Shown: positions 38,406-48,099 of the stretch, in pieces | Layout: every line of letters starts with the position of its first letter | Position numbering within the stretch: position 1 is the stretch's first letter | Source of the DNA: an uncultured Clostridia bacterium | GTDB taxonomy: Bacteria > Bacillota > Clostridia > Oscillospirales > UMGS1783 | NCBI GenBank assembly: GCA_937991645.1 | Contig: CALKPL010000025.1 | Span: 128,852-192,851, forward strand | Direction of reading: 5' to 3' | Length of the DNA stretch: 64,000 bases | Translations under genes and position numbers: made by a program | Notes under the pieces: generated by a model | What the model saw: only the letters and a program-made list of their open reading frames with translations | Databases searched by the model: none | What the model was told of the DNA's origin: nothing

Positions 38406-39448
38406 AAATACTTGCCATTGAATCCTCCTGCGACGAAACGGCGGCGGCCGTCGTGGAGGACGGCCGAACAGTCCTTTCAAACGTCGTATATACCCAGGTG
38501 GCGCTGCACGCGCAGTACGGCGGCGTCGTGCCGGAAATCGCCTCCAGAAAGCATGTGGAGAAGATTTCGGCGGTCGCGCAGCAGGCGCTTGAGGAGGCGG
38601 GCCTGGGCCTGGCGGACGTAGAGGGCGTCGCCGTTACGTACGCGCCGGGCCTGATCGGCGCGCTGCTGACGGGGATCGGCTTTGCAAAGGGGCTGGCTTA
38701 TGGTCTGGGCGTGCCGCTGATTCCGGTGCATCACCTGCGCGGTCATATCGCTGCCTGCTATATTTCTGAAAACCCGGTTGAACCGCCGTTTCTGGCGCTT
38801 GTCGTATCAGGCGGACACAGCCATATTGTCCGGGTGGACGATTATACGGACTACACCGTTCTCGGCCGCACGCGCGACGACGCGGCGGGCGAGGCATACG
38901 ATAAGGTGGCGCGTATCCTGGGCGCGGGGTATCCGGGCGGCGCCGCTGTTGAAAAGCTTGGCCAAAGCGGCGACCCAAAGGCGTATCGCCTTCCCGTGAC
39001 GCATTTTGACGACGCGCCCTTCGATTACAGCTTTTCAGGTCTGAAGACGCATGTTCTCAATCTCGTCCACAGGCGCAGGCAGGCGGGGGAGGACGTTCCG
39101 GCCGCCGACATAGCCGCCTCGTTCAATGCAACGGTCGTGAAGACCCTGCTGGACAAGTTTTATCTTGCGGCAGAGAATACGGGGCTTCGCACCTTTGTGC
39201 TCGCAGGCGGCGTCGCGGCAAATTCCCTTCTTCGCCGGGAGTTTGTCCGCCGCGCGCAGGCGCTTCAGGGGCGCGCGCATATTCCTCCGATGCCGCTGTG
39301 CGGAGACAACGCGGCCATGATCGGCGCGCAGGGCTATTACGAATGGTCTGCGGGGCACGTAGCGGGCTGCGACCTGAACGGATATCCGACAATGGATATT
39401 TCCTGTAATTACGGCAATGCCGCCCGGCCTTGCACGCCGGAAAAATAA
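38402..39448 (+). CDS. tsaD: tRNA N6-adenosine threonylcarbamoyltransferase
   Basis: Begins MKILAIESSCDETAAAV, with HH..GH and SGGHS motifs. Confidence 0.95.
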   Translation: MKILAIESSCDETAAAVVEDGRTVLSNVVYTQVALHAQYGGVVPEIASRKHVEKISAVAQQALEEAGLGLADVEGVAVTYAPGLIGALLTGIGFAKGLAYGLGVPLIPVHHLRGHIAACYISENPVEPPFLALVVSGGHSHIVRVDDYTDYTVLGRTRDDAAGEAYDKVARILGAGYPGGAAVEKLGQSGDPKAYRLPVTHFDDAPFDYSFSGLKTHVLNLVHRRRQAGEDVPAADIAASFNATVVKTLLDKFYLAAENTGLRTFVLAGGVAANSLLRREFVRRAQALQGRAHIPPMPLCGDNAAMIGAQGYYEWSAGHVAGCDLNGYPTMDISCNYGNAARPCTPEK

Positions 39449-39462
39449 ACAGGAAGTATAAT

Positions 39463-39633
39463 TGTGAGAATCTGTGAAGACACGGGGAAAAGTGTGGTTA
39501 TGTAAACTAGGCAGGCATAAACCTAAAATGCGTTTAATCGATTGCAAAGATGTAAATAAATAGAAAACAGAGCCCAAATGCTCCGAAATAAAAGGTTGGA
39601 GCCTGTGGAAAAGCATGTGGAAGCTGTGGATTG
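39463..39633 (+). repeat. cluster of DnaA-box-like TGTGGA/TGTG repeats in AT-rich intergenic region
   Basis: Scored against TGTGGATAA: TGTGGAAAA 39604 (8/9), TGTGGATTG 39625 (7/9), TGTGGTTAT 39493 (7/9), TGTGGAAGC 39616 (6/9), TGTGAAGAC 39473 (6/9), TGTGAGAAT 39463 (5/9). All are in the same orientation. Confidence 0.4.
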
Positions 39634-39770
39634 TTTCATTTTCACAATCGCTATATTTTCTTAAATTATGTAAATCAATATAAAAAATAGATTGCAAAAT
39701 ACGTTATAATGTTGAAAACGGTTATATAATGTCGTAACAGTTGGAACAGGAAAAACAGGACGGGCATGCC

Positions 39771-39799
39771 TTGACAATTTCACGTGCTTTTTATACAAT
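39771..39799 (+). promoter_or_regulatory. sigma-A type promoter for isocitrate dehydrogenase-family gene
   Basis: TTGACA (39771-76), 17-nt spacer, TACAAT (39794-99). Confidence 0.6.
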
Positions 39800-39854
39800 T
39801 AATCAGTTAGTTATATACATAGGCTTGTAATTTAATAGATTGGAGATGGATACT

Positions 39855-41018
39855 ATGAACGACCAGCAGCTCAAAGCGGCACTTGAAAAGTTTGAAGCGC
39901 TTCTGAAAAGGCAGGCTCAGCGCGTCGAGAACATGAAACAGCAGGGTGATTTTATTGATTTTGAAGCCCTTCCGAAAATAATAATCGGCGTTTGCGGCGG
40001 GGACGGGATCGGCCCTGTAATCACAAACGAGGCGCGCCGCGTCCTGGAATTCCTGCTCCAAAATGATGTCGACGCGGGCAAAATTGAGTTCCGCACCATC
40101 GACGGGCTCACGATTGAGAACCGCGCCGCAGTCGGCAAGGCCATTCCGGACGACGTGCTGGCTGAACTCAAAAAGTGCCAGGTGATTCTGAAGGGGCCGA
40201 CGACGACGCCGCGCAAGGGCGATCCCTGGCCAAATATCGAGAGCGCCAACGTCGCTATGCGTAAGGAACTCGACCTGTTTGCCAACGTCCGTCCGGTAAA
40301 AGTGCCTGAAAAGAATATAGATTGGATGTTCTACCGCGAAAATACCGAGGGCGCGTATGCGCTCGGCTCGGACGGCATCGTCGTGGACGACGACCTGTAT
40401 TTCGATTTTACCGTCGCGACGGCGCAGGGCTGCGAGCGGATTGCGCGCTTGGCCTTTGATCACGCGGCAAAATCCGGTAAAAACAAAGTGTCCGTCATCA
40501 CAAAAGCCAATGTTGTCAAGACGACCGACGGCCGGTTCCTCGAAATCTGCAAAGAAGTGGCGAAGGACTTCCCGACGGTTGAGATGGACGACTGGTATAT
40601 CGATATTACCACCGCCAAGCTCATTGACGAAAAGCGCCGCACCGATTTCAAGGTATTCGTTCTTCCCAACCTGTACGGCGACATACTCACCGACGAAGCG
40701 GCTGAGTTCCAGGGCGGCGTAGGCACGGCCGGCAGCGCGAATATCGGCAAGCAGTACGCCATGTTCGAGGCAATCCACGGTTCCGCGCCGCGTATGGTGA
40801 CCGAGGGCCGCGCCCAGTACGCCGACCCCTGTTCCATGCTGCGCGCTTCCGTCATGCTGCTCTCCCACATCGGTAGACAGGCGCTTGCGGACAAGCTGGA
40901 TAAAGCGCTGGACGTCTGCATGTTTACCGAGAAAAAGTACAAAATTACGGGCCGTGCTGACGGCGCGACCTGCGAACAGTTCGGCGATTACGTCATGGAG
41001 ACCCTCTCCAAACTCTAA
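39855..41018 (+). CDS. isocitrate/isopropylmalate dehydrogenase family protein (probable NAD-dependent isocitrate dehydrogenase)
   Basis: GGDGIGPV N-terminal motif, the [10 protein letters not shown] signature and HGSAP. It has a ~40-aa coiled N-terminal extension. The start could be 39846 or 39855. Confidence 0.75.
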   Translation: MNDQQLKAALEKFEALLKRQAQRVENMKQQGDFIDFEALPKIIIGVCGGDGIGPVITNEARRVLEFLLQNDVDAGKIEFRTIDGLTIENRAAVGKAIPDDVLAELKKCQVILKGPTTTPRKGDPWPNIESANVAMRKELDLFANVRPVKVPEKNIDWMFYRENTEGAYALGSDGIVVDDDLYFDFTVATAQGCERIARLAFDHAAKSGKNKVSVITKANVVKTTDGRFLEICKEVAKDFPTVEMDDWYIDITTAKLIDEKRRTDFKVFVLPNLYGDILTDEAAEFQGGVGTAGSANIGKQYAMFEAIHGSAPRMVTEGRAQYADPCSMLRASVMLLSHIGRQALADKLDKALDVCMFTEKKYKITGRADGATCEQFGDYVMETLSKL

Positions 41019-41047
41019 TTTTACAGACAAAAGGTGATAACAGCCGC

Positions 41048-42853
41048 ATGTCACAGCTAGATAATATACGCAATTTTTCTATCATCGCGCATATAGACCA
41101 TGGCAAATCCACGCTTGCCGACCGTCTTTTGGAGGCGACCGGGGCTGTGAGCGCCCGTGAGATGACAGAGCAGCTTCTGGACAATATGGATCTCGAGCGT
41201 GAGCGGGGCATCACCATCAAGGCTCGCGCGGTCAAGCTCAACTACCGTGCGCAGGATGGGCGGGATTATGTCCTGAACCTGATCGACACGCCGGGCCATG
41301 TGGACTTCAATTACGAGGTGTCGCGATCCCTTGCCGCCTGCGAGGGCGCGATCCTCGTCGTGGACGCGTCGCAGGGGATTGAAGCGCAGACGCTCGCGAA
41401 CACGTACCTTGCCATCGACCACGATTTGGAAATCATCCCGGTGCTCAATAAAATTGATCTGCCGGCAGCCGACTGCGACCGGGTGATCGCGGAGATTGAG
41501 GACGTGATCGGGATCGCGGCCGAGGACGCGCCGCGCATTTCGGCGAAGCTTGGCCAGAATATTCCCGAAGTACTCGAGCGTATTGTGACGGACATACCGG
41601 CGCCGGTGGGCGACCCGGACAAGCCGCTCAAAGCGCTTATATTCGATTCGTTCTATGACAGTTACCGCGGCGTAATCGTGTACGTCCGCGTGTTCGACGG
41701 CCGACTGCAGGCGGGGCAGACCATCCGTATGATGGCGACCGGCGCCGAGTTCGACGTTGTCGAGGTCGGTTATCTGCGTCCGATCGGCCTGGAACGGTCG
41801 GACGCTTTGCAGGCGGGCGAGGTCGGGTATATCACGGCAAGTATCAAAAACGTGCGCGATACGCGCGTGGGCGATACGGTTACGCTGAAAGAGCGGCCTG
41901 CCCCGGAACCGCTGCCGGGCTATAAAAAGGTCAAGCCGATGGTCTACTGCGGCGTCTACCCGGCTGACGGCGCGCGTTATCCCGACTTGCGCGACGCGCT
42001 GGAAAAACTGCAGCTAAACGACGCGGCCTTCACGTTTGAAGCGGAGACATCCGCCGCGCTGGGTTTCGGTTTCCGCTGTGGCTTTCTGGGTCTGTTGCAC
42101 ATGGAGATCCTGCAGGAGCGTATTGAGCGTGAATTCAATATTGATCTTGTGACGACGGCGCCGTCTGTCATATATAACATAAAGCTTACCTCCGGCGAGA
42201 TGATCTCGATCGACAACCCGACAAACTATCCGTCGCCCGCGACGATCGAGTATGCCGAGGAGCCGATCGTCAACGCCTTTATCTTTACCCCCTCCGAATA
42301 TGTGGGCGCAGTGATGGAGCTGTGCCAGCAGCGGCGCGGCGTGTTTGTCGACATGTCGTATATCGACGAAAACCGCACCAAAATCCACTACGAAATGCCG
42401 CTCAACGAGATTATCTACGACTTTTTTGACAGCCTCAAATCCCGCACGCGCGGCTACGCGTCGCTGGACTATGAGTTTATCGGCTACCGTAAGAGCAACC
42501 TTGTCAAGCTGGATATTCTGCTCAACGGCGAACTGATCGACGCGCTTTCCTTTATCCTGCATGCAGACAGGGCTTACGCCAAGGCGCGCAAGATGGTGGA
42601 GAACCTCAAGGAAAACATTCCGCGCCAGCTGTTTGAGATCCCGGTTCAGGCGGCGATCGGCGGGAAGATCATCGCGCGCGAAACGGTCAAGGCCATGCGC
42701 AAGGACGTGCTGGCAAAGTGTTACGGCGGCGACATTACACGCAAGAAAAAACTTCTGGAAAAACAGAAAGAGGGTAAAAAGCGGATGCGTCAGTTCGGTT
42801 CGGTAGAAGTGCCGCTCGAGGCATTTATGAGCGTGCTGAAGCTGGATGTGTAG
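41048..42853 (+). CDS. lepA: translation elongation factor 4
   Basis: GTPase G1 AHIDHGKST and G3 DTPGHVDF, plus the LepA C-terminal domain. Confidence 0.95.
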   Translation: MSQLDNIRNFSIIAHIDHGKSTLADRLLEATGAVSAREMTEQLLDNMDLERERGITIKARAVKLNYRAQDGRDYVLNLIDTPGHVDFNYEVSRSLAACEGAILVVDASQGIEAQTLANTYLAIDHDLEIIPVLNKIDLPAADCDRVIAEIEDVIGIAAEDAPRISAKLGQNIPEVLERIVTDIPAPVGDPDKPLKALIFDSFYDSYRGVIVYVRVFDGRLQAGQTIRMMATGAEFDVVEVGYLRPIGLERSDALQAGEVGYITASIKNVRDTRVGDTVTLKERPAPEPLPGYKKVKPMVYCGVYPADGARYPDLRDALEKLQLNDAAFTFEAETSAALGFGFRCGFLGLLHMEILQERIEREFNIDLVTTAPSVIYNIKLTSGEMISIDNPTNYPSPATIEYAEEPIVNAFIFTPSEYVGAVMELCQQRRGVFVDMSYIDENRTKIHYEMPLNEIIYDFFDSLKSRTRGYASLDYEFIGYRKSNLVKLDILLNGELIDALSFILHADRAYAKARKMVENLKENIPRQLFEIPVQAAIGGKIIARETVKAMRKDVLAKCYGGDITRKKKLLEKQKEGKKRMRQFGSVEVPLEAFMSVLKLDV

Positions 42854-44003
42854 CGGTGTGGAAGCCGAGCGCGCGGGCCTGTATCTGCACGTTCCGTTTT
42901 GCCGCAGCAAGTGCGCGTACTGCGACTTTTATTCCCGTCCCGGCTTTGACGACGAAGCGCTGGACCGCTTCGCCGCGGCCATGCAAAGGGATATTTGCAG
43001 GGCCGCCGCGCTGTACGGCGACTATTGTTTTGACAGCGTCTTTGTCGGCGGCGGAACGCCGACGGTCCTCGGCGCGCGCCTTGCGGATATTTTGCAGACG
43101 GCATACAGCCGCTTGACGTTCGCTGCGGACTGTGAGATCACGGTGGAAGCGAACCCGGAGTCCATATCGCCGCAGCTTGCGGCGCTACTTGCTGCAAACG
43201 GCGTCAACCGAATCAGTCTGGGCGCGCAGAGCATGGACGACGTCCAGCTCCGCCTGCTTGGAAGGATTCATTCGGCGGATACGGTTGCAGAAGCGGTGGA
43301 GGCCGTTCGCAAATCGGGCATTGCGCGTCTGAATCTGGACCTGATGTTCGGGCTGCCGTATCAGCGCGGCGATGGCGAGGCGCAGCTCGCCGTTTGGGAA
43401 TCCACCCTGCATGCGGTTCTCGCCCTGGGTCCAGATCACCTGTCCGCCTATTCGCTGAAGATCGAGCCGGGCACGCCGCTCTGCCGTCGCGCGGGCGAGT
43501 ACGAGTTTCCGGACGAGGAGCTGGAGGAGCGGATGTACGGCGTGCTGTGCGAACGCGCGCGCAGCGCCGGAATGCTGCACTATGAGATATCCAATTTTGC
43601 AAAGCCCGGCTGCGAGTGCCGGCACAATCTGAAATACTGGACGGGAAAACCCTATTTAGGCCTGGGTCCCGCCGCGCATTCGTATATACGGGCCCGGCGC
43701 ATGTCGGTCGCGCCTGATACGGATGCATATATCGCGGGAAAAGCCGGCGTGATCGACTGCGGCGAGATTGACGCGGCCGAACGGGCCTATGAGCATATTG
43801 TGACCTCGCTCCGGCTGAGCCGGGGCATCGACTTTATTAAGCTGCAAACATATTATGACCTGAACAGAATTCGCGCCATGGCGGACGATTTGGTATCGCA
43901 CGGCCTTGCGCGGCGCACGCCGCAGGGGCTTGCCCTGACGGAGCGGGGGTTTCGGGTATCCAACGCGGTGATCGCGCTGCTGGACGGCGCGCGGCTCGCA
44001 TGA
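42846..44003 (+). CDS. hemW: radical SAM heme chaperone HemW (coproporphyrinogen III oxidase-like)
   Basis: CxxxCxxC motif [10 protein letters not shown] near the N-terminus and GGGTP. Conserved lepA-hemW synteny. Confidence 0.85.
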   Translation: MCSGVEAERAGLYLHVPFCRSKCAYCDFYSRPGFDDEALDRFAAAMQRDICRAAALYGDYCFDSVFVGGGTPTVLGARLADILQTAYSRLTFAADCEITVEANPESISPQLAALLAANGVNRISLGAQSMDDVQLRLLGRIHSADTVAEAVEAVRKSGIARLNLDLMFGLPYQRGDGEAQLAVWESTLHAVLALGPDHLSAYSLKIEPGTPLCRRAGEYEFPDEELEERMYGVLCERARSAGMLHYEISNFAKPGCECRHNLKYWTGKPYLGLGPAAHSYIRARRMSVAPDTDAYIAGKAGVIDCGEIDAAERAYEHIVTSLRLSRGIDFIKLQTYYDLNRIRAMADDLVSHGLARRTPQGLALTERGFRVSNAVIALLDGARLA

Positions 44004-44007
44004 GAGT

Positions 44008-47000
44008 ATGGAGGGAAACGCATTGAATCAGGTATTTCGAATCTATTCCGAGAAAAGGCCGCCCTTTGCGGTGGCGGCGCAGTCGCTCGCACAGGACCTG
44101 CGTCGGATTCTGGACGTGGATACGGTGGATCGGGTCCGGATCCTCTACCGGTACGACGTGTCCAACCTGACGCCGGCCCAGTTTGAGGCCGCAATTCCGG
44201 TCATTTTTTCCGAACCGCAGGTGGACGTTGTCTGCCGGGACCTGCCGGCGGCCGACGGCGCGACTGTGTTCGCGGTGGAATACCTTCCCGGCCAGTACGA
44301 CCAGCGTGCGGACTCTTGCGCGCAGTGTTTGCAGATGCTAGGCGGCGGCGACCGTCCGCTTGTGCGTACCGCGCAGGTCTATTATCTGTACGGTTCGGTA
44401 ACCGCCGACCAGCTTGCAAGGATCAAAGGCTATATCATCAACCCCGTTGAAAGCAGGGAAGCGACGCTGGGCGCGTACCAGACGCTGGAAACAAAGTATG
44501 AGATCCCGACTTCCGTGGATACAGTGACAGGCTTTACCAGCCTGGATGAATGCGGTCTTCGCGCCCTTCTGGACAGGCTCGGCCTCGCCATGGATTTGGA
44601 CGACCTTACATTTTTGCAGGCATATTTCCGGGATAATGAGCGGCGGGATCCAACCATTACCGAAGTGCGCATGATCGATACGTATTGGTCGGACCACTGC
44701 CGCCACACCACATTTTCCACTGTGATCGAGCAGGTGGAGATTGCGCCGGAATACATTCGGAAAACCTATGCCGCGTATCTGGACGCGCGCAGAAAGCTCG
44801 GCAGGGAAAACAAGCCGTTGTGCCTGATGGACGTAGCGACGATCGGTCAGCGTATTTTGAAAGCCGAGGGCGTGCTCAAGGATCTCGACGAGAGCGAGGA
44901 GATCAACGCCTGTTCAGTACGCATGCCGGTGGAAATCGACGGACGGACGGAAGAATACCTGCTCATGTTCAAAAATGAAACTCATAACCATCCGACCGAA
45001 ATCGAGCCCTTCGGCGGCGCGGCCACCTGCCTGGGCGGCGCGATCCGCGATCCGCTCTCCGGCCGTTCGTATGTGTACCAAGCCATGCGCGTGACCGGCA
45101 GCGCCGACCCGCGCACACCCATGCGCGACACCATCCCAGGCAAGCTTCCCCAGCGTGCGATCACAACCCGGGCCGCGCATGGATACAGTTCTTACGGCAA
45201 CCAGATCGGCCTTGCGACCGGTTTTGTCGAAGAGGTATACCATCCCGGCTATGTGGCAAAACGCCTTGAAATCGGCGCTGTAGTAGGCGCGGCGCCCAGC
45301 GGTCAGGTTGTGCGCAAGCGTCCAGAGCCCGGAGACGTCGTCGTTTTGCTCGGCGGCCGCACCGGCCGTGATGGCTGCGGCGGCGCAACCGGCTCTTCCA
45401 AGTCCCATACGCTGGATTCTCTGCAGGCATGCGGCGCGGAAGTACAGAAGGGTAATCCCCCTGAAGAACGCAAACTCCAGCGCCTGTTCCGTAACCCGGA
45501 CGTATCCCGTCTCATCAAACGCTGCAATGACTTTGGCGCGGGCGGCGTATCGGTCGCCATCGGCGAGCTTGCCGACGGTCTGGAAATAAATCTGGATGCC
45601 GTTCCCAAAAAATACGACGGTCTGGACGGTACCGAACTTGCCATCTCCGAATCCCAGGAGCGTATGGCAGTCGTACTCGCGCCGTCGGATGTGCAGGCGT
45701 TTCAGGCTTACGCATCCGCAGAGAACATAGAAGCTACAGTCGTGGCGGTCGTTACGGGCGACAACCGCTTGAAAATGCGCTGGAATGGGAATACGATCGT
45801 GGATATCTCGCGTGAGTTTCTCAATACAAACGGCGCTGTGAAGTACACGGACGTAACTGTGCCGGACGTGGACCGTGCCGCGCTTAAGCAGACGGCCGCG
45901 CCTGTTCACGAGAGTTTTGAACAGACCATGGCCGGCCTTGTGCGCGATCTTAACGTATGCTCCCAAAAGGGGCTTGTGGAGCGTTTTGACTCCAGCATCG
46001 GCGCCGGCACGGTGCTTATGCCCTTTGGCGGCAAGTTCCAGCTCACGCCGATTCAGGCCATGGCATCCGCCATCCCGGTATTGAAAGGGGACAGCGCGAC
46101 CGCGTCTTTGATGGCCTATGGGTTCAATCCATATGTCAGTTCAGTATCGCCCTATCACGGCGCGGCCTATGCCGTTGTCGAATCGGTTGCAAAGCTTGTT
46201 GCTGCCGGCGGCGACCCGGAAAAGATATATCTGACTCTGCAGGAGTATTTCCCGCGTACAAAGGGTGATCCCAGGCGCTGGGGGCTTCCGTTTTCCGCGT
46301 TGCTCGGCGCGCTCTCGGCGCAGATAAACCTGGGTTATGCCGCCATCGGCGGCAAGGACTCCATGTCCGGCACTTTTGAGGATATCGACGTGCCTCCCAC
46401 CCTCGTCTCTTTCGCGGTAAGTTATACGAATATAGCGAATATCATCTCGCCGGAGTTCAAGCGTACAGATAGCGAACTGTACTGGCTGCCCTGTCCCTAT
46501 GATCAGGATGGTCTTCCGGATTATTCCGTGCTATGCGGGAACCTGCGCGCGGTGGCGGGAGCCATTCGCAGCGGCGGGATACTGTCTTGTTACGCCCTGT
46601 CCAAAGGCGGGCTGGCCGAGGCGCTGTTCAAAATGTCGGCGGGAAACAAAATTGGCGTGGAAGTCAATCCAAACATTCCCTTGGAGCGCTTGCTTGCGCA
46701 GAATTACGGCGGTTTTCTTCTGGAAACGCAGCCCGGCTTCGCCCTGGGCGAGCATATCGGCCGGACGATTGCGGAACCGGAACTGCGGCATGGCAGTCAA
46801 GTCGTTTCGCTTGACATATTGATCGCCGCCTGGACAGAGACGCTGGAACCGATTTTTCCGGTACAGGCAGGCAAGGGTAGTGAAACGGCCGTACCGGTTG
46901 TCAGCAGCGATAAAATCAGTACGTGCAAGCCCGGGATAAAGGCCGCTTCGCCGCGCGTGCTGATCCCTGTTTTCCCGGGAACCAATACAGAATACGACAC

Positions 47001-47745
47001 GGCGCGCAAGTTTGAGGATGCGGGCGCTGTAGTGGAGACACTGGTCGTGCGCAATCTTACGGCCGCGGATATTGAGGACTCAATCCGCGCCGCACAGCAG
47101 GCGATTGACCGTGCCAATATCGTCATGCTTCCCGGTGGATTCTCCTGCGGGGACGAACCTGAGGGTTCCGGCAAGTTTATTGCCGCTTTTCTGCGCAACC
47201 CCAGGCTTGCCGACGCGGTGGAACGGCTTCTGTACCAGCGGGATGGGCTTATGCTCGGCATCTGCAACGGATTTCAGGCGTTGATTAAGCTTGGCCTTGT
47301 GCCTTACGGGCATATTCTGGATATGACCGCCGATATGCCGACGCTTACGTTCAACACCATAGGCAGGCACCAGAGTATGATGGTGGATACGCGTATCAGC
47401 AGCGTTCAGTCTCCCTGGCTTGCGGACAGCGCTGTGGGCGAAATTTACACTGTGCCCATTTCGCATGGCGAAGGCCGTTTTGTTGCGAGCGACGCCGTAG
47501 TCGAACAGCTGATACAAAACGGGCAGATCGCAACCCAGTATGTGGATAAGACCGGCCGGCCTACGATGGAGATGCCCTATAATCCCAATGGATCGGTCTG
47601 CGCAGTGGAGGGCATTCTGAGTCCGGACGGCCGCGTATTCGGTAAAATGGCGCACAACGAGCGCATCCGTAAAGGCGTGGCGATAAATATTGCGGGACGA
47701 ACTGATCATGACATTTTCCGCGCCGGCGTCCGTTATTTTAAATAG
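44008..47745 (+). CDS. purL: phosphoribosylformylglycinamidine synthase, single-chain large type
   Basis: 1245 aa with a synthetase core (NETHNHPTEIEPFGGAATC) and a C-terminal glutaminase domain (GICNGFQAL...HGEGRF). Confidence 0.95.
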   Translation: MEGNALNQVFRIYSEKRPPFAVAAQSLAQDLRRILDVDTVDRVRILYRYDVSNLTPAQFEAAIPVIFSEPQVDVVCRDLPAADGATVFAVEYLPGQYDQRADSCAQCLQMLGGGDRPLVRTAQVYYLYGSVTADQLARIKGYIINPVESREATLGAYQTLETKYEIPTSVDTVTGFTSLDECGLRALLDRLGLAMDLDDLTFLQAYFRDNERRDPTITEVRMIDTYWSDHCRHTTFSTVIEQVEIAPEYIRKTYAAYLDARRKLGRENKPLCLMDVATIGQRILKAEGVLKDLDESEEINACSVRMPVEIDGRTEEYLLMFKNETHNHPTEIEPFGGAATCLGGAIRDPLSGRSYVYQAMRVTGSADPRTPMRDTIPGKLPQRAITTRAAHGYSSYGNQIGLATGFVEEVYHPGYVAKRLEIGAVVGAAPSGQVVRKRPEPGDVVVLLGGRTGRDGCGGATGSSKSHTLDSLQACGAEVQKGNPPEERKLQRLFRNPDVSRLIKRCNDFGAGGVSVAIGELADGLEINLDAVPKKYDGLDGTELAISESQERMAVVLAPSDVQAFQAYASAENIEATVVAVVTGDNRLKMRWNGNTIVDISREFLNTNGAVKYTDVTVPDVDRAALKQTAAPVHESFEQTMAGLVRDLNVCSQKGLVERFDSSIGAGTVLMPFGGKFQLTPIQAMASAIPVLKGDSATASLMAYGFNPYVSSVSPYHGAAYAVVESVAKLVAAGGDPEKIYLTLQEYFPRTKGDPRRWGLPFSALLGALSAQINLGYAAIGGKDSMSGTFEDIDVPPTLVSFAVSYTNIANIISPEFKRTDSELYWLPCPYDQDGLPDYSVLCGNLRAVAGAIRSGGILSCYALSKGGLAEALFKMSAGNKIGVEVNPNIPLERLLAQNYGGFLLETQPGFALGEHIGRTIAEPELRHGSQVVSLDILIAAWTETLEPIFPVQAGKGSETAVPVVSSDKISTCKPGIKAASPRVLIPVFPGTNTEYDTARKFEDAGAVVETLVVRNLTAADIEDSIRAAQQAIDRANIVMLPGGFSCGDEPEGSGKFIAAFLRNPRLADAVERLLYQRDGLMLGICNGFQALIKLGLVPYGHILDMTADMPTLTFNTIGRHQSMMVDTRISSVQSPWLADSAVGEIYTVPISHGEGRFVASDAVVEQLIQNGQIATQYVDKTGRPTMEMPYNPNGSVCAVEGILSPDGRVFGKMAHNERIRKGVAINIAGRTDHDIFRAGVRYFK

Positions 47746-47761
47746 TGAAAAGAAACAATAT

Positions 47762-47805
47762 ACATTACAACCGCCGGTACAGGATCGCACCGGCGGTTGT
47801 AATGT
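47762..47805 (+). terminator. strong hairpin after purL (terminator-like, no U-tract)
   Basis: 17-bp perfect stem ACATTACAACCGCCGGT/ACCGGCGGTTGTAATGT with a 10-nt loop. Confidence 0.5.
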
Positions 47806-47915
47806 GTAAAGAGCAAATGCGGGACGGCATCCCTCTGGCATGACCAAAGGGAAACCGAGATATGGTAACAAGACAGAGCTTTTTTATAATGAATTGCACA
47901 ATCCAAATGCTGAAT

Positions 47916-48054
47916 TTGGCAAAGTCTACTTTTATAAAACAATAAAATTATGAGTATAAAAAGAAAAATATGGAAATTTACTTGTAAAAACAATTTATAG
48001 CTGGTATAATAAACAATACAGTGCTAAAGTTTATAAAAGTAGACTTTTGCAAAC
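47916..48054. repeat. inverted repeat pair bracketing a promoter (candidate invertible switch)
   Basis: AAAGTCTACTTTTATAAA (47921-47938) is the perfect reverse complement of TTTATAAAAGTAGACTTT (48030-48047). The pairing extends to 24 bp with 2 mismatches. The internal segment is 91 bp. Confidence 0.6.
47982..48010 (+). promoter_or_regulatory. sigma-A type promoter inside the inverted-repeat-bounded segment
   Basis: TTGTAA (47982-87), 17-nt spacer, TGgTATAAT extended -10 (48002-48010), oriented toward the surface protein gene. Confidence 0.6.
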
Positions 48055-48099
48055 AGCCTTTACAGAGGAGAAAAAGTGAATATTACAGGAGGTAGCAAG

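Noticed and set aside
39035-39697. 220-aa minus-strand ORF spanning the tsaD 3' end and the AT-rich intergenic region.
   Set aside because: It overlaps the well-supported tsaD, and the intergenic part translates to an implausible low-complexity sequence with no SD. The region is better explained as regulatory DNA.
39463-39840. Whether the DnaA-box-like cluster plus AT-rich tract is the chromosomal origin (oriC).
   Set aside because: There is no dnaA, dnaN or rpmH nearby, only one box reaches 8/9 to consensus, and none is perfect. It is treated as a possible secondary DnaA-box cluster rather than an origin.
47806-47920. Possible c-di-GMP riboswitch or sRNA between the purL hairpin and the left inverted repeat (GCAAATGCGGGACGGCATCCC...).
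   Set aside because: There is only superficial resemblance to GEMM-I (GGGACG-like). It lacks the paired-hairpin architecture and the conserved GCAAA/ACGCAAAGC elements, and it lies upstream of the promoter.
47733-47993. 86-aa minus-strand ORF in the AT-rich purL-surface protein intergenic region.
   Set aside because: The translation is hydrophobic and low-complexity from AT-rich DNA. It overlaps the purL stop, the hairpin and the promoter, and it has no SD.
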